Assembly: GCA_043228905.1 (NCBI GenBank)
Contig: JBHGNT010000017.1
Coordinates: forward strand, 11,036,001 to 11,100,000
Origin: Azolla caroliniana
Lineage: Eukaryota > Plantae > Polypodiophyta
Reading direction: 5' to 3'
Length of the DNA stretch: 64,000 nucleotides
Made by a program: the position numbers and the translations under genes. The notes under the pieces are model-generated. The model worked only from the letters and a program-made list of their open reading frames with translations, was not told where the DNA came from and did not search any database. Below are positions 45,201-58,183 of this stretch, in pieces (positions within the stretch are counted from its first letter, which is position 1; every line of letters starts with the position of its first letter).

Positions 45201-48074
45201 TTGGGAAACGGCCATTTCCCGTTCCAACGCTTCCTGTGCTTGCCGTAATTCCCGAATCGAATCTTTGTCTGGTTCGGCTTCGGTTTCGTCCCGCTACGGC
45301 AAGTATGGCGCTACGGCTTCAGCTACGTCAATCTCGAAGAGTGGTACGATCTTCGGGTGTTCCTCCAAGTACTGGGCTTCTTCGTCGTCTGCCAACCCTT
45401 CAAGCATGTTCACGCATTCCGCATACAACGGTATGCATTCCTTACCGTTGCTCGTCCGTGGTTGTGTCGGTACCCGGACCTTGGCTTTTCCGCGCCGGAA
45501 GGTAATCATATTTTTCCGCCAATTTTGCTTGATGTGTGCTGTTTTCAACCATGGTCTGCCCAGCAACAGTGGGTACGCGCCTTGCGCCTGTAGCTGCAGC
45601 ACTACAGCCGAGATGTGAAATGTGTGACCTCCTATGGTGACCTCCAATTTCCGTATTAAGCCCGTCGGCCGTACAGAGCTCGTATCCGCCATCCGTAGCC
45701 AGAACGGACATGGCTCCCATTCATGTATACCCAAGGCATCACACGTGCGGAGGCTTATTACGTTCACCCCGGAACCTCCATCGATTACTGTGCCGGGAAG
45801 TTCGTGCCCTTTGACAATAGCTGTAATCACCGGACTACTAGTGTCCACCACCGTCGGTCCCTCCACGGGATTCGAGAAGAGGACTGGTGCCGGTGGGGCT
45901 ATACTGTCTGTCATGACCGTTTTTAGTCCTTCCGTAAATCGAGGCACGAGCTGCAAGAGTCTTCCTAATGGCAACGTGATCTGACATTCTTGCAGTGCTT
46001 GCCATGTCTCGTTTTCTGCGTGGCTACCGCCGGCACTCCCTATGGTATTCGCCTTTTGCCGTTCCGCGTCCGCGACGTTCCTTTCATTGGCTTCCTTCAC
46101 CCATTCCGTCGCCTGTTTTCGTATGGCCTCTTGTGTTTCCCACTCTTTGGCCATGCCTTTCGACCGTGTGGTTACTTGTTGTACATCCGCCACTTCCGGA
46201 ACCACCATATTAACTGCTGGTCGTTTATCGTAGCTCTTTGCCGGGCACTGGTTACTGTAGTGGCCTTCCTGCCTGCAGTAGTAGCAGTACTCTTTACGGG
46301 TATTGCTGGATTCAGCATTGCTGGTAGCCGGAGTCGGTCCCGTAGTGAGTGGTGCGTTCTGTGCCGGTTGGTTCCTTGGGGTTCCATGTTCCGGGTCCCT
46401 AGTGTGACCACCTTTCTTATTATTCTTATTTTTATTTCGGTAGTCCTGTCGTGGTGGATCGTAACATCGGCCGTAGTCCTCCTGGTGCCTTCGGTAACCA
46501 GGGGAATGGTCTCTGTCGTATTGCTCGTGTCGTCTGTTGGACTCCCGATAACGGTCCGATCGCTCATACCGGTCGTAGTTATCATGTCGATCCCCGTACC
46601 GGCCATCATTCTCTTGTCTGTCTCCGTACCGGACATCCTGTGCCGGTCGGTACCGGTTCATTCTTTGCCAACGATCTTCATCTTCGTCTCGGCTGCTTCT
46701 TGGCTCGATCCGTCGGACGGGTGGTGCTTGTCGGTTTAACAGGTTATACTCGCACCGGTCCGTTGTATGACTCTTGGATTGACAAATCACACACTGGGTT
46801 CGCATGGTGCACTCCACTGCCGAGTGTCCGGCATTCAAGCAAATTGTGCATTGAATTGCCTGCCGGAACCGAAGATCTTCATCGGTGGGTAACGCCCGTT
46901 GCAGTGCTCCCAGTGTAAGCCATGAGCTTGACTTTTCCATTTCTCTGACTCGGTCAATGACCTGGTCAATGGTGCTTCCTCGAAAGTCGATCACCGTACA
47001 CACCGTGCGTAACGGTTCCCGGAGTGCGTTTAAAAATATCGTCCGTAATTCCTCCTCCGGGGGTGCACGGGCAAGCTGGCTATGCATTCGTTGGAAACGG
47101 ATGACGAATTGGGGAATGCTTTCCCCTGCTTCCTGTCGGATCGTATAAAACAGGCCCACCATTGTCGTCTGGTCGACCTCCTTGTGGAAAAAATGCAAGA
47201 ATTTTGCTTTTAATTCTGCAAAGGTTGTGATGGTCGCCGGGTCCTGCGTCCGCCGCCATCGTGCCGCTGGTCCTTCCAACGTGACCCCGAATTCCGCTAT
47301 CTTCGAGCGTTCTTCTTCCTCCGGTGTCAGTCGCTGGGACGCGTGATTTGCTTCCCATGTCTGCTCGAAGGCATGAACATGCGCTTCCGCGTCCGGATCA
47401 TCGCGATACTTTGAGTATTGGAACGGCATGTCGTCGTCCAGTATTAGGCCGCGGTTTAGTGGCGTTTGTTGATATCTTTCCGGTTTTCTCTCCGGTTCCA
47501 CTTCCGGTTCTTTTGCCGGTGCTTTTTCCGGTTCCTCTTCCGGTTCTTTTTCCGGTTCCTTCACCGGCTCTTCTTCCGGTACCTTCGCCGGCTCTTTCGT
47601 TGGTGTCGGTGGCTTTGCTTCTTCCACTTCCGGTGTTGGTGGGTTGACGGCTTCCGTTTGCGGTTCCGGATAGCCCTGGTCGAACGGTTCCGGTTCTGGA
47701 GTCGGCACGGTATCCGACCCGTCGTCCTCCGGGCCGACGGGGGTATCGTTGCTGCTCCGGTAGTTCGTGTGCACGCTGTATCCCCCTTCGGAATCCGATT
47801 CGTAGGCTGAAAAGGCTTCTGCCTCGTTTTCTCCGCTTGCCAGCGCCTCGAGGAGGCGTTCGGTTTCCCGGAGACTACTTAGACCGCTTCCGTCGTCCTG
47901 GTCGCGAGTTTGCTGTAACCGAAGAGATTCCTCCGCGACTCTCCGGATCTCGTTGGAGAACGAACGATCCGAGCGAATTTCGTGCGCTGCTTGCTGGAAA
48001 GTCTCACGCCGTCTTTGCCATTCGGCGAGGCGTCGAGCTCGGTCTGTAACCAGGTCGTGCGTTGGTCTCGTCAT
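42219..48074 (-). CDS. gag-pol: Element D Gag-Pol, one in-frame TAG at 45294-45296
   Basis: Same domain set as A; the 926-aa and 1002-aa ORFs share a frame (YLP*RDETEAEPDKDSIRELRQ). Confidence 0.95.
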
Positions 48075-48102
48075 CCATTAAGCCATCGTTCGCTGCGAGA
48101 AA

Positions 48103-48121
48103 GCAGGAATCGTGGTCGCCA
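48103..48121 (-). promoter_or_regulatory. 5' PBS of element D (TGGCGACCACG)
   Basis: 6 nt inside the 5' LTR; identical to element A. Confidence 0.85.
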
Positions 48122-48582
48122 AAACTGTGTTGTTCTCTGACCGGACAAGGCCTAACACAAGGTGTCGCGCAGACACTTCACCAAAGGGTGATTACGGCAT
48201 AGGATTATGACTCAACGATTACACCGACTTACGTAGGTTACACGATTAGAGCGCTTTTGTTAATTACACGCGTAAGATATAACAGTAATTACAGAACGGA
48301 AATCAACACAGAAGTATAAACACCATACGCTCTATTAATTATCCGCTGCGATTACAATGGGCTCCGGGCCTTTAAATAGGTTTCCGGTCCATAGTACAAA
48401 ACGGTGCCTATCGCACCTATTCGGGATCCGTCCGGATCTGGAACGGCATACCGTTTCCAGTCCGTCCGTCCATACTATGCTTATTTACAACCATACTTAA
48501 TTAATTCCTTCACTCCGTATTTTGGACTTCTTGCCGGCCGGTAACATCTCTTATATCTATGCCTTGGTTGTTGACTCATGGT

Positions 48583-51500
48583 TGTTATGTACACATAACA
48601 TTGGTGAGGGTAGGTCGCTAATATTTACATTACTGAAGGGTATGTTCACTAATGTTAAAAAGGGGCTAATGTGATTGGATAGAAGGAATGATAGGTGCAT
48701 GCACTATCATGATTTGGGCAACCAATGAATGGAGAGCCTTTTTGAAAGGCACATCTATTTAAGGGGCCTAGGAAAAGGTATAAATATGAGGCTTCGCTAC
48801 CCTCATAAGGAGATGACATCGGAAGGTTGTTGTCTTAGACACCGATGGTGTGGGCTAGGCTTTCGTCTCGACGATCGTGTTTATCTCTTCCAAGGTATTA
48901 GTCGTCCTAATATCTGGTGGTATGGGACGTTGGTGGTAGGTTGGTTATGTCTAGATCATAGCACGGGGGTGGTCGGGTGGAATGGGTTCTTCTATCCAAT
49001 CTATTTCCCTTCTTTTACTTTACTTTGGTCTATTGATTAGTAATAGACTCTTAACAGTAGTATCAGAGCTTTTAATAACAATTTTTTATTTATTTTTTGA
49101 TATTTTTTGCGTGTGAGGGATGGGGATCTAACAAGGCTCGTCATGCTCTTCTCAAGATCAAAACAACACTCTAAACCTGGTATTGTTCTTTCTTGATCTC
49201 TCTTCTTTCTATGATGCGTTCTTGTTGGTCGAATCAAATTTGTATTACGTTCTCTTTTCTTTTCTTTCTTCTTTCTACCACGATACGATTTTAATTATTA
49301 TTGTGCATCGGGCCGAGCGTGTTTGCTCTAATCGCACACACTCAACTCATGGCCCTTTTGTATATTGCGATATATCTCCTATGCTCCCCTCTCTTGAGCC
49401 TTCTCTTACAATATTAATTATTGTTGTGCATTGGGTCGAGCGTGTTTCCCCTAATCTCACACGTTGACCTCATGGCCCTTTTGCATATGATTTTGAGTAT
49501 GCCACTCTTCCCTCTATTGAGCCATCACTTGGCCGAGTCTATGGGATGTTGTGGCCATGACAAGGTATATGTCGCCTACCTATGCCACTCTACTCTCTAT
49601 TGAGCCATCACTTGGCCGATTCTATGGGATGTTGTGGCCTTGACGAGGTATATGTCACTTACTTATGTCACTTTACTCTTTATTGAGCCATCACCTGGCT
49701 GATTCTAGGGAGATGTGGTGGTCTTGAGGAGGTGAGGTGCATGTCGACTACTCTAGGGTTTCCCACCTTAAGGCATGCTTAATGTTCCATACACCTAATT
49801 GCTTATTATTCTAATTAATTTTTAATTCCACAAATTGTCATTTCGCTTATATGATTATCTCGTAATTATTGTTTACTCGCCCACAATTAACTCTCCTTTT
49901 TCCACTTCCTTTTCGTGTATAAAGTATTTACGTGCGTTTACCTATGATGTAACGCTTCCGTGTAGACTGTTTTTTTTGTATGGAGTGGGCATCATGCTGT
50001 TTTTTTTGAACGATTTTTTTCAACTGATCATCTATGTTTAACTCATATTATCGAGCCTTAGAACTCAAGTAAAACCACATGAGTTCGTCTATTGATGTTT
50101 CTCATGGATTTGAGTACCACATCTTTGCGTATCAATTTGTGGCTTATGTCACAATTGTGCAAATTACAACCGTCATATTGGGATGTATATGTGCTATACC
50201 TCACACCATCCATTTATTTGTGACATTTTCTTTTAGTAGGTAACACATGGGTTTTCTACCCTTGTTTTCGTCACTACTTGATTCTTATGGGTAGTGCCTT
50301 ATTTTATCGTTTTTTTCATATAATATTACTTGCGAGTGCACTTGTTTTCTCACGTAATACACTTTCTCCACCATATCAATACATGTTGGGTTGACATTCT
50401 AATATAAGGCTAACTAGGAAACTACATTGATGTTAGAACCATGGTTATTCAAGATAGAGATCCGAGAAAGATAGCTATGTCCATGGTTTTTAAAACACCA
50501 TAGTGTTACCATAGTTATCGGATCTCGAATCACATCTCATATGTCTAGAGGGGTAAAGACGTGAGATGCTTTCTTGGTAAAGTTCTTCCAATCAAAATTT
50601 CAAGCATTCATTTTGCTTGCGTATTTTGTAAACCTCCTTATTTATATTGCATAATCATAGCTTGCATCATGTAACAAGTTTTGAACATTGTTGGAGCAAT
50701 CACTCCCACCAACACCGCTCTACTCCAATCCGCATCTTGCACACAAGCTGAGATCACTATTGAGCAATTGCTCACTACCACCTTGAATCAATTGGCCGAA
50801 ATGAGGCAAGCCAATATGGCATTGGAAATGAAATTCCAAGAATCGACTATTGAGTTCAAGAAAGAAGGTGAGCCTTCTTTCGTAGTAACGCCATCGACTA
50901 TGGCACTTGGCTTGGTCGTTGGGAGTCTCACTTTGAGCTCCACCCCCAGCCCGATGCTATAAAAATTGGTTATGTCCGTCGTGAGTTAGGTGGCCGAGCT
51001 GCTGCTTGGGAAGGTTAAGAAACAGGTTTTGCATCCACCTTCTCAAATTGAACAAGCACAACACTTGCTCACGTTGTCGAGTAAGCATTTACCTCTCTCG
51101 AGGATTATGTGCATCATGCTCAGACCTAGATCCAAAAATCGGGACTTACGGGTGAGAAATGGTTTGTTGCTTGCTTTTTGAGTGGTATTCCTAATGGGGA
51201 TTACCATTGGATTGTCCATGACAAGGACCCCACAACTTTTAAGGAAGTCGTCAACATTGTACTTCAATACCATAGGATTTCCAAGAAAGACCATAATAAG
51301 CCTAAGTTCGCCAAAACTCTGAATGTCAAGTTCATTGGGAAATGTAAGCAATCCACTGACACTCTTGACCGCGACTCCAAGAAATCTAACCTCTTATGTG
51401 CATATTGCAAGAAATGGGGCCACACAAAGCATACCTATCGTCATCTTGAGAGGAAGTCAATGAACACCCCTCCCCTCCTCAAGACAAATCTATGCGTCAC

Positions 51501-53830
51501 ACAGGTGAGTCTTTTGATGTTGTTGAAGTTCATACTAACCACTTAAGTTCATGTGAATGCACTTTTCCTTCACATTTACTTGGACCTAATGAATTACGCC
51601 GAGCAGTCGAGTATATCAATGGAACACAAGCACATTTCTTGTTTGATTCCGGTAGTTCTCACAATTTTCTTAATGATCATTTTGTGGAGCAAATGGAACT
51701 CCACATAAACGCAAGTGATCATATCTATCAAGTTCACATGGCAAATGGAAGCCTTCAATACATCAGTTGCATTGTTTGTCAACTGCCAATTCAAATAGAT
51801 ACCTATTTGGAGAAGCTTGACATTCATGTTATGAAACTACAATCCGCAAATGTCATTTTAGGATACCATTGGTTTTTTAATAAAAACCCTTCTTTGTCCA
51901 TTGATTGGGTTAATCACTCAATCACATTTGAACTTAATAATTGTAAACATTTTATTCAATGTTCCAAACTTCCTTCTCGTTCACTTGTGTCTTCTAAATC
52001 TTTAATTGGGTATTCTAGTTCATTAATTTATTCGTGTGTAATTGATCCTGCGCTTCAATTTTATTATTTTAATATTGACGCCGCACAATTACCACATTAT
52101 GAACAACAATTACTCGACTCTATTTTAGATGATTTTCAAGACGTGTTTCCTAACGAATTGCCGCTTACCTTACCAACTTAGCCGATTAGAAGAGGACGAG
52201 ATCACTACACAAATTAAGGAATACTTGAGTATGGGTCACATTAGGTATAGTACATCACCTTAGGGTGTGCCAGTTCTATTAGTTAAGAAGAAGGAAGGTT
52301 CATGGCGAATGTGTATCAATTATTGCCGTTTGAATAAAATGACAATTAAAAATGCATATTCGCTACCTTGTGCCGATGATTTGATTGATCATTTGCATGG
52401 GGCCCGATATTTTACGAAAATGGACTTACGGACATGTTATTATCATATTCTCATTGCCGAGGATGATATTCCTAAAACCGCTTTTCATATGTGCTATGGC
52501 CATTATGAGTTTTTAGTCATGCCTTTCGGGTTGACTAATGCTCCATCCACATTCCAACAAGCGATGAATGACGTTTTTGGAGATCAACTCGGTGATTTTG
52601 TTGTCTTCTTGGATGATACTTTGATATATAGCCATACCTTGCAAGATCATGTTCAACATGTTCGATTTGATTTGCAAAAGTTGCGTGACAACTCTTTCTA
52701 TGCAAAACATTAAAAATGTGATTTTTTCCAAAAATCTATTGTGTACCTAGGTCATTTAATTACGGAAAATGGTGTTGAAATTGGACCTTCTCGTATTGAA
52801 AAGGTTAAACTTTAGCCCATTCCTCGTAATATTCGTGAATTGCAATCTTTCTTAGGTTTTGTTGGATTTTTACGAAAATCAAAATTTCATAACTATTCCA
52901 AATTGACTACGCCATTAACTGACCTTTTAAAAGGTCATCCACATAAGTTTGTCAAACCCATTGCATGGAATGAACAACTTGACAAATAATTTGAGACACT
53001 CAAAGAACATGTGTGTCAGACTCCCACTCTTCTAAGCCTTTATCAATCGAAACCGATGCTAGTGATTATGCTATTGGTGTCATTCTTTATCAAGGCGGTC
53101 ACCCTATTGCTTTTGAAAGTAAGAAGCTTGATGATGCTCAATCTCGGTATTCGGTTCAAGAGAAAGAGTTGTTTGCGGTAATACATGCACTTAAAACATG
53201 GAGGCACTATCTCTATGGAAATAAATTTGTGGTTACAACATAACATCAATCATTGAAGTATTTTTGTGACCAACCAGATCTTCTTGGTCGTAAAGGCCAT
53301 TGGGCTAACCTTTATGCAAGGATTTGATTTTTCCATACGGTACTATGAACACCGTATGTTATGTACGCATAACGTTGGTGAGGGTAGGTCACTAATATTT
53401 ACATTAGTGAAGGGTATGCTCACTAATGTTAAAAAGGGGCTAATGTGATTGGATAGAAGGAATGATAGGTGCATGCACTATCATGATTTTAGCAATCAAT
53501 GAATGGTGACCCTTTTAGAAAGGTACATCTATTCAAGGGGTCTAGGAAAAGGTATAGATATGAGGCTTAGCTACCTTGATAAGGAGATGATGTCGGAAGG
53601 TTGCTGTCTTAGACACCGGTGGTGCGGACTAGGCTTTCATCTTGAAGATTGTGTTTATCTCTTCCAAGGTATTAGTCATCCTAATATCCGACGGTATGGG
53701 ACGTCGGTGGTAGGTTGGCTATGTCTAGATCATAGCTCGGGGGTGGTCAGGTGGAACAGGTTCTTCTATTCAATCTATTTTCCTTCTTTTACTTTACTTT
53801 GGTCTATCGATTAGTAATAGACTCTTAAAA
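48583..53830 (+). mobile_element. Degenerate chromovirus-type gypsy, integrase deleted
   Basis: 474-bp LTRs at 48583-49056 and 53357-53830; PBS TAGTATCAGAGC (decayed iMet, 49058-49069); knuckle CAYCKKWGH; PR FLFDSGSSHNF; RT PVLLVKKKEGSWRMC..VFLDD; RH ETDASDYAIG; flanks ATGGT/GTGGC compatible with a decayed TSD. Confidence 0.9.
49275..49730. repeat. 5' UTR tandem repeats (~130 bp x2, then ~84 bp x3)
   Basis: ATTATTGT..GCAT.GGG.CGAGCGTGTTT twice; TATTGAGCCATCAC.TGGC.GA.TCTA.GG three times. Confidence 0.85.
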
Positions 53831-53959
53831 GTGGCCCTATGCCATAGATTCAGAATCTTCCTTGCCATACTGGGAGTTAAGGACCATGCGTTGTGTGAAC
53901 CGTTAGTACTTGCTTTTTTCGTATGGCGTGCATGGCCTTAAAATAGTGAGTGGGTCTTT

Positions 53960-54335
53960 TTTTTTCTTCTTTTTTCTTTTTTCATAACTAAGTAGGTAGG
54001 AATTTACCGTGATTGAGACATGTTGCCCTAGATATTCTCAATTTCACCTACCACTGGCTGGTCTTAGCCATGCTCTTGTTTGGCAAAAGGGTTCGGTGGT
54101 GTCAGTCAGCGGTACGGTTTCAATCGAAATCTGTTGACCTGATTCTTTTTTTTTTTTTTTTTTTTTTTCTTTTTTCATAACTAAGTAGGTAGGAATTTAC
54201 CATTATTGAGGCATGTTGCCCTAGATATTCTCAATTTCACCTACCACTGGCTGGTCTTAGCCATGCTCTTGTTTGGCAAAAGGGTTCGGTGGTGTCGGTC
54301 CGCGGTACGATTTCAACCGAAATCTGTTGACCCAA
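53960..54335. repeat. ~190-bp tandem duplication bounded by poly-T
   Basis: TTTTCATAACTAAGTAGGTAGG...AATCTGTTGACC occurs twice. Confidence 0.92.
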
Positions 54336-55035
54336 TTCTTCAATGTCTCCCCGACTAGTGTGCTAAGCTAGAACATGTCGTTGAAAGTGTCAATAATCCA
54401 AAATGGTCCCGTCCACCGGAACTGAAGTTTTCCTAGCATTGCTCCTAGCCATGTTTGGAACACTAGGACTCGTTGGCCAATTTCGAAATATTTTTCACGA
54501 TCACGAAGATGTCGATCCGCGAAAGCTTTCCATCTCTATTGTTCGTGTTCCAATTGGGTGAAAGTGGCGATGCACTCCTCCCCGAGTTCGAGTAGTTGTT
54601 CCAGTGGTTGTCGTTCTGACTCGGATTCAGACAATCGCTCAGTTGTTTGCACCCGAAGACTTGGAACTTAGAACTCGATCGGCATCACAGCTTCCGAGAC
54701 AAAAGCCATTCGAAAGGGCGTGGACCCAATGTTGGTCTTGAATGTAATGCGGTAAGCACACCGTGCATTGTGTAATTAATCCGTCTGATGCTCGTTCACG
54801 ATTTTCTTGAGAATGGTCTGAAGTGTTTTGTTCGTGGACTCAGCCAGCCCGTTGGCTTGAGGATAGTAGGGAGTGCTTTTCTTGTGAACCACCGCGTAAT
54901 GGGATTTAAATTCGCGAATAAGCCAATTGATAAAGTGTCCTCCTTGATCACTCACCAACTCGATTGGGCATCCACAACGATAGAAATAGTCATACACGAA
55001 TTTAGCTATTGACGTGGCCGTGTTGTCATGGAGTG

Positions 55036-55508
55036 TGGTGTACGTTTTAGGGTTAGGGTTAACATTTATGATAATCATGATGATTGATGATAAAGATAGA
55101 CATGGTGGGTGTGATGACGATGGAGAGTATGATGGTGAGAGAGATCATGAAGATGTTGACAAGCATTGAGAAGCATTGCGGGGTGGGGGGTGGTGCCTAG
55201 AATGGCTCCACCCCGCTCCCAAGGGGGTTCAACATTAAGGGGGAGAGAGAGAGAGAGAGAAATGGTTATTGTTGTATTCATTCATTCCCCATAAGGGGTT
55301 AAATAGGTACAAAGGGGTAGATCCACAAGGGTGCAAGCCCCCTTGGCATTCACACCTAGTTACTCACTCACACCTCTTTGTATCTACCACACTCACACTT
55401 ACATTCACACTCATAATCGTATAAAATCACACATACATATCAACACATTACATCTTTCACCCTCACTTATCACACTTATCAATCACCCATACATCTCGTA
55501 CGGTAACA
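55036..55508 (-). mobile_element. Solo LTR (473 bp) inserted in element C integrase
   Basis: TG...CA ends; perfect TSD GAGTG (55031-55035, 55509-55513); removal restores WVEAKALHDNTA. Confidence 0.9.
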
Positions 55509-57237
55509 GAGTGCTTTTGCTTCGACCCATTTTGTGCAATAATCGGTCGCCACGATTATATACTTGTTACATGTACGCATTGCGGGTGGTTTGAATGGGC
55601 CTGCGAAATCAAATTCCCATTTCTAGAAGGGTTCCAAAGGGAGGATTGGTTGGTGTGGCATTCAGTCTTGTTCGCTCGGTTGGCCCATGCGCTGACAAAG
55701 ATCGCATTGTTTACAGAATTCATGGGCGTCTTTTTTCGTGGTAGGCCACCATAGCCCGTTTTGCCAAATTTTCCGAGTTGTGGCATCCCCTGCATAGTGG
55801 CCGCTGACAATGTCGTGGTGGGCTTCGCATAGAACTGCATCTTTCTCGAATTGTTGTACCGCGCATCTCCAAATGCCATCCGAGCCTTTATGATATGAAG
55901 TGCCCATAAACAGGCAAAAATTATGACTTCGGATTGCCAATCGTTTCTTTCTTAGGAAATGTGTCATGTCCATAATCCAAGCATCTTCGTGATCAGCAAG
56001 CAAGGTTATAGTATCAAGGGTGAACAAGTTGGCGTCAAGTAAGTCATCATATTCCTTTTCGGCTGGTTCCCCAGATTCGAGATGGCTAAGGTAAACCGCT
56101 ACCACATGTTGGACCCTTGGTCGATGTTGGATGTCGAAGTCGAATTCTTGAAGAAGGAGCATCCATCGTGCTAATTGATCGGTCAAGGCCTGTTTGTTAA
56201 CCAGGTACAAAAGTGTTAAATGATCTACATGAAAAGTGAACATCCGACAGAGCAGATAATGGCGAAAATTCGTGATACGGTAGATCATGCCAAGGGTTTC
56301 CTGTTCTGTGGTAGAGTAGTTTTTTTTGGCTGTGGAGAGTCATTGGCTAGCGTAGTATACCGAAGGATACCAGTTTGGAGGTGTTTTTGCATTAGTGCGC
56401 TTCCGATGGCGATGTCGGAAGCGTCCACGAACACACGGAAAGGATGCGACCAATTTGGTGGTTGTACAACTGGGGCATGTGAGAGCATCACTTTGAGGGA
56501 ACGATAAGCTTCGTCTTCCCGTTCTGTCCATCGAAGTGGAATCGTGTGCACCGCGGCATGCACAAGCGTTGCGAAATCGGCCAGGATAATAGTGTGGTCG
56601 ATTGTGATAGTATGGTGGCTCCGATTGATAGTGGGGATCCCGGTGATAGCGATCCGGTTCAGGATGGTAGCCATCGTTCCAATGAAGTCGATCATCCTCC
56701 CAAGGTCGTTTAGTGTCTCTATTCCATGGTGGTGTTCGTTCATCCTGTTGTGAATGATCGTGGCGTGGCTCGTTTAATTGTACCAGAACTTAGTTAGTAT
56801 AGTTGAGCATGTTGGACTCACATTTCTCAACCATATGTACTCTAGAATGACAGATGGGGCAGTATGGTCGTAGAGGGGAATCGATAGCCGAGTGACCGGA
56901 GTTGGCACAAGTTGTGCATTGCAGTGCTTGCGTTGAGGCGTTGTGCACAAGTTGAGGCGTTGCGTAGAATGGTTGGCTTGCCACGTGGAGAGAAAACAGT
57001 GGATGTGAGACTCCACGTTAGGACAATCCGTATAGAAGGTATAGGAATGGTATGACGTTGCGTTGAGATCTGGGTCATCCGGTTGGGCCATGAAGGGGTT
57101 GAACTCGGATTGTTAAGAGACTACCGGCAGACTCAAAGGAGTGGCGAGTTCGGGGCCAGTATGTGATTTTGTATCGGGGATGACCTGTGAGGGGTGCGAT
57201 CCCGGGTTTTCTGGTGATGAGTGTTGAGTGATCACGA

Positions 57238-58042
57238 TGTCGTAGTGTAATTCCGCACACTACGTGAAAAATTACATTTTTGGTCTCCGGATAGGGTAAG
57301 GAGACCCGACAAGAGCCGGATGAAGAAGGCCGGTGAGAGTCGGTGAGAAACGGACGAAGAGGACCGATAAGGAGGACCCGGTAAGAACCGGATAAAGAAA
57401 ACCAGCGAGAACCAGATGAAGAGACAAAATTGTAAATAAAAGAAAATATTGTTACATGCATAGGGCAAGATTCGAACCTTGCACCTCCATGTTTATAATG
57501 TGAAACCTTACCATTACACTAACATATCATTAGTGTTAAAAAGTAGACATCCCATATAGAAGCTATAGTTAGATAATAATAATAAACGCATAATCACTTT
57601 TAGAAAAAGCATGTTAAAGAAAGCATGTAGTCTATGGACAGAAAAAGCATGGATTCTATAGTTAGAGAAAAAGCATGGATTGTAAAGACTCTCTCATCAC
57701 TATATAAGGATGAGGAGCACAATGTAATAGGGGGTGTGTGAAATACTTGGAAATTGGATATATTTCCTAAAACACCAACCAATTAATATAATCGTGGGAT
57801 TCATGAAAATAATATACTCTATACTTGTGGGATTCAGAAGTTCTTTTATCTCTTTATTTCAATCTAAATACATATTCTTAACTAAATATTGATTAACAAA
57901 ATACATTATATTTGTGGGATTCACAAGTTTCTAATAATCTATTCATAATTGGAATCGTCTCAAATTCTTCTTCCTCCTAGTCCAAAATCCTACTGGTTCC
58001 CACCCGGCTCACGCAAACGATCCGGCGCCGAAAGGCATGACA
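57238..58042 (+). mobile_element. Solo LTR of the Phygy-like family
   Basis: TGTCGTAGTG...GGCATGACA; homologous to 36293-37090 and 13100-13443; TATA CTATATAAG ~57700; no clean TSD. Confidence 0.85.
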
Positions 58043-58170
58043 ATGGAGTCAGCGGTATCCTCGGTTGGCTCGGTGCGGCTAGATGTGAACCGAGAGTGGG
58101 TAAGACTTTGGGCGCCGTAATGGCGACTGGGGTGTCCACCAACGTTTGTTCGTTGTGATGTAGAGCGTGA

Positions 58171-58183
58171 ACCGAGCGTGCCA
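58171..58183 (-). promoter_or_regulatory. 5' PBS of element C (TGGCACGCTCGGT)
   Basis: TGG start 5 nt from a TGTTA LTR terminus at 58189; upstream of gag remnants. Confidence 0.75.

Larger units (their letters stand above)
38685..48546 (-). mobile_element. Element D: full-length young Athila/Tat-superclade-like gypsy with accessory ORF, no PPT
   Basis: 419-bp LTRs at 38685-39103 and 48128-48546 (2 differences seen); TSD TCTCT (38680-38684, 48547-48551). Confidence 0.97.

Noticed and set aside
16859-45296. U-to-C RNA editing rescuing the four stops
   Set aside because: That editing is known for organellar transcripts; simple deamination explains these nuclear stops.
48729-49040. 103-aa ORF repeated at 53503-53814
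   Set aside because: Lies wholly within the two LTR copies and has no recognisable domain.
55045-55062. TTTTAGGGTTAGGGTT telomere-like motif
   Set aside because: Only two units inside a solo LTR; at most a telo-box.
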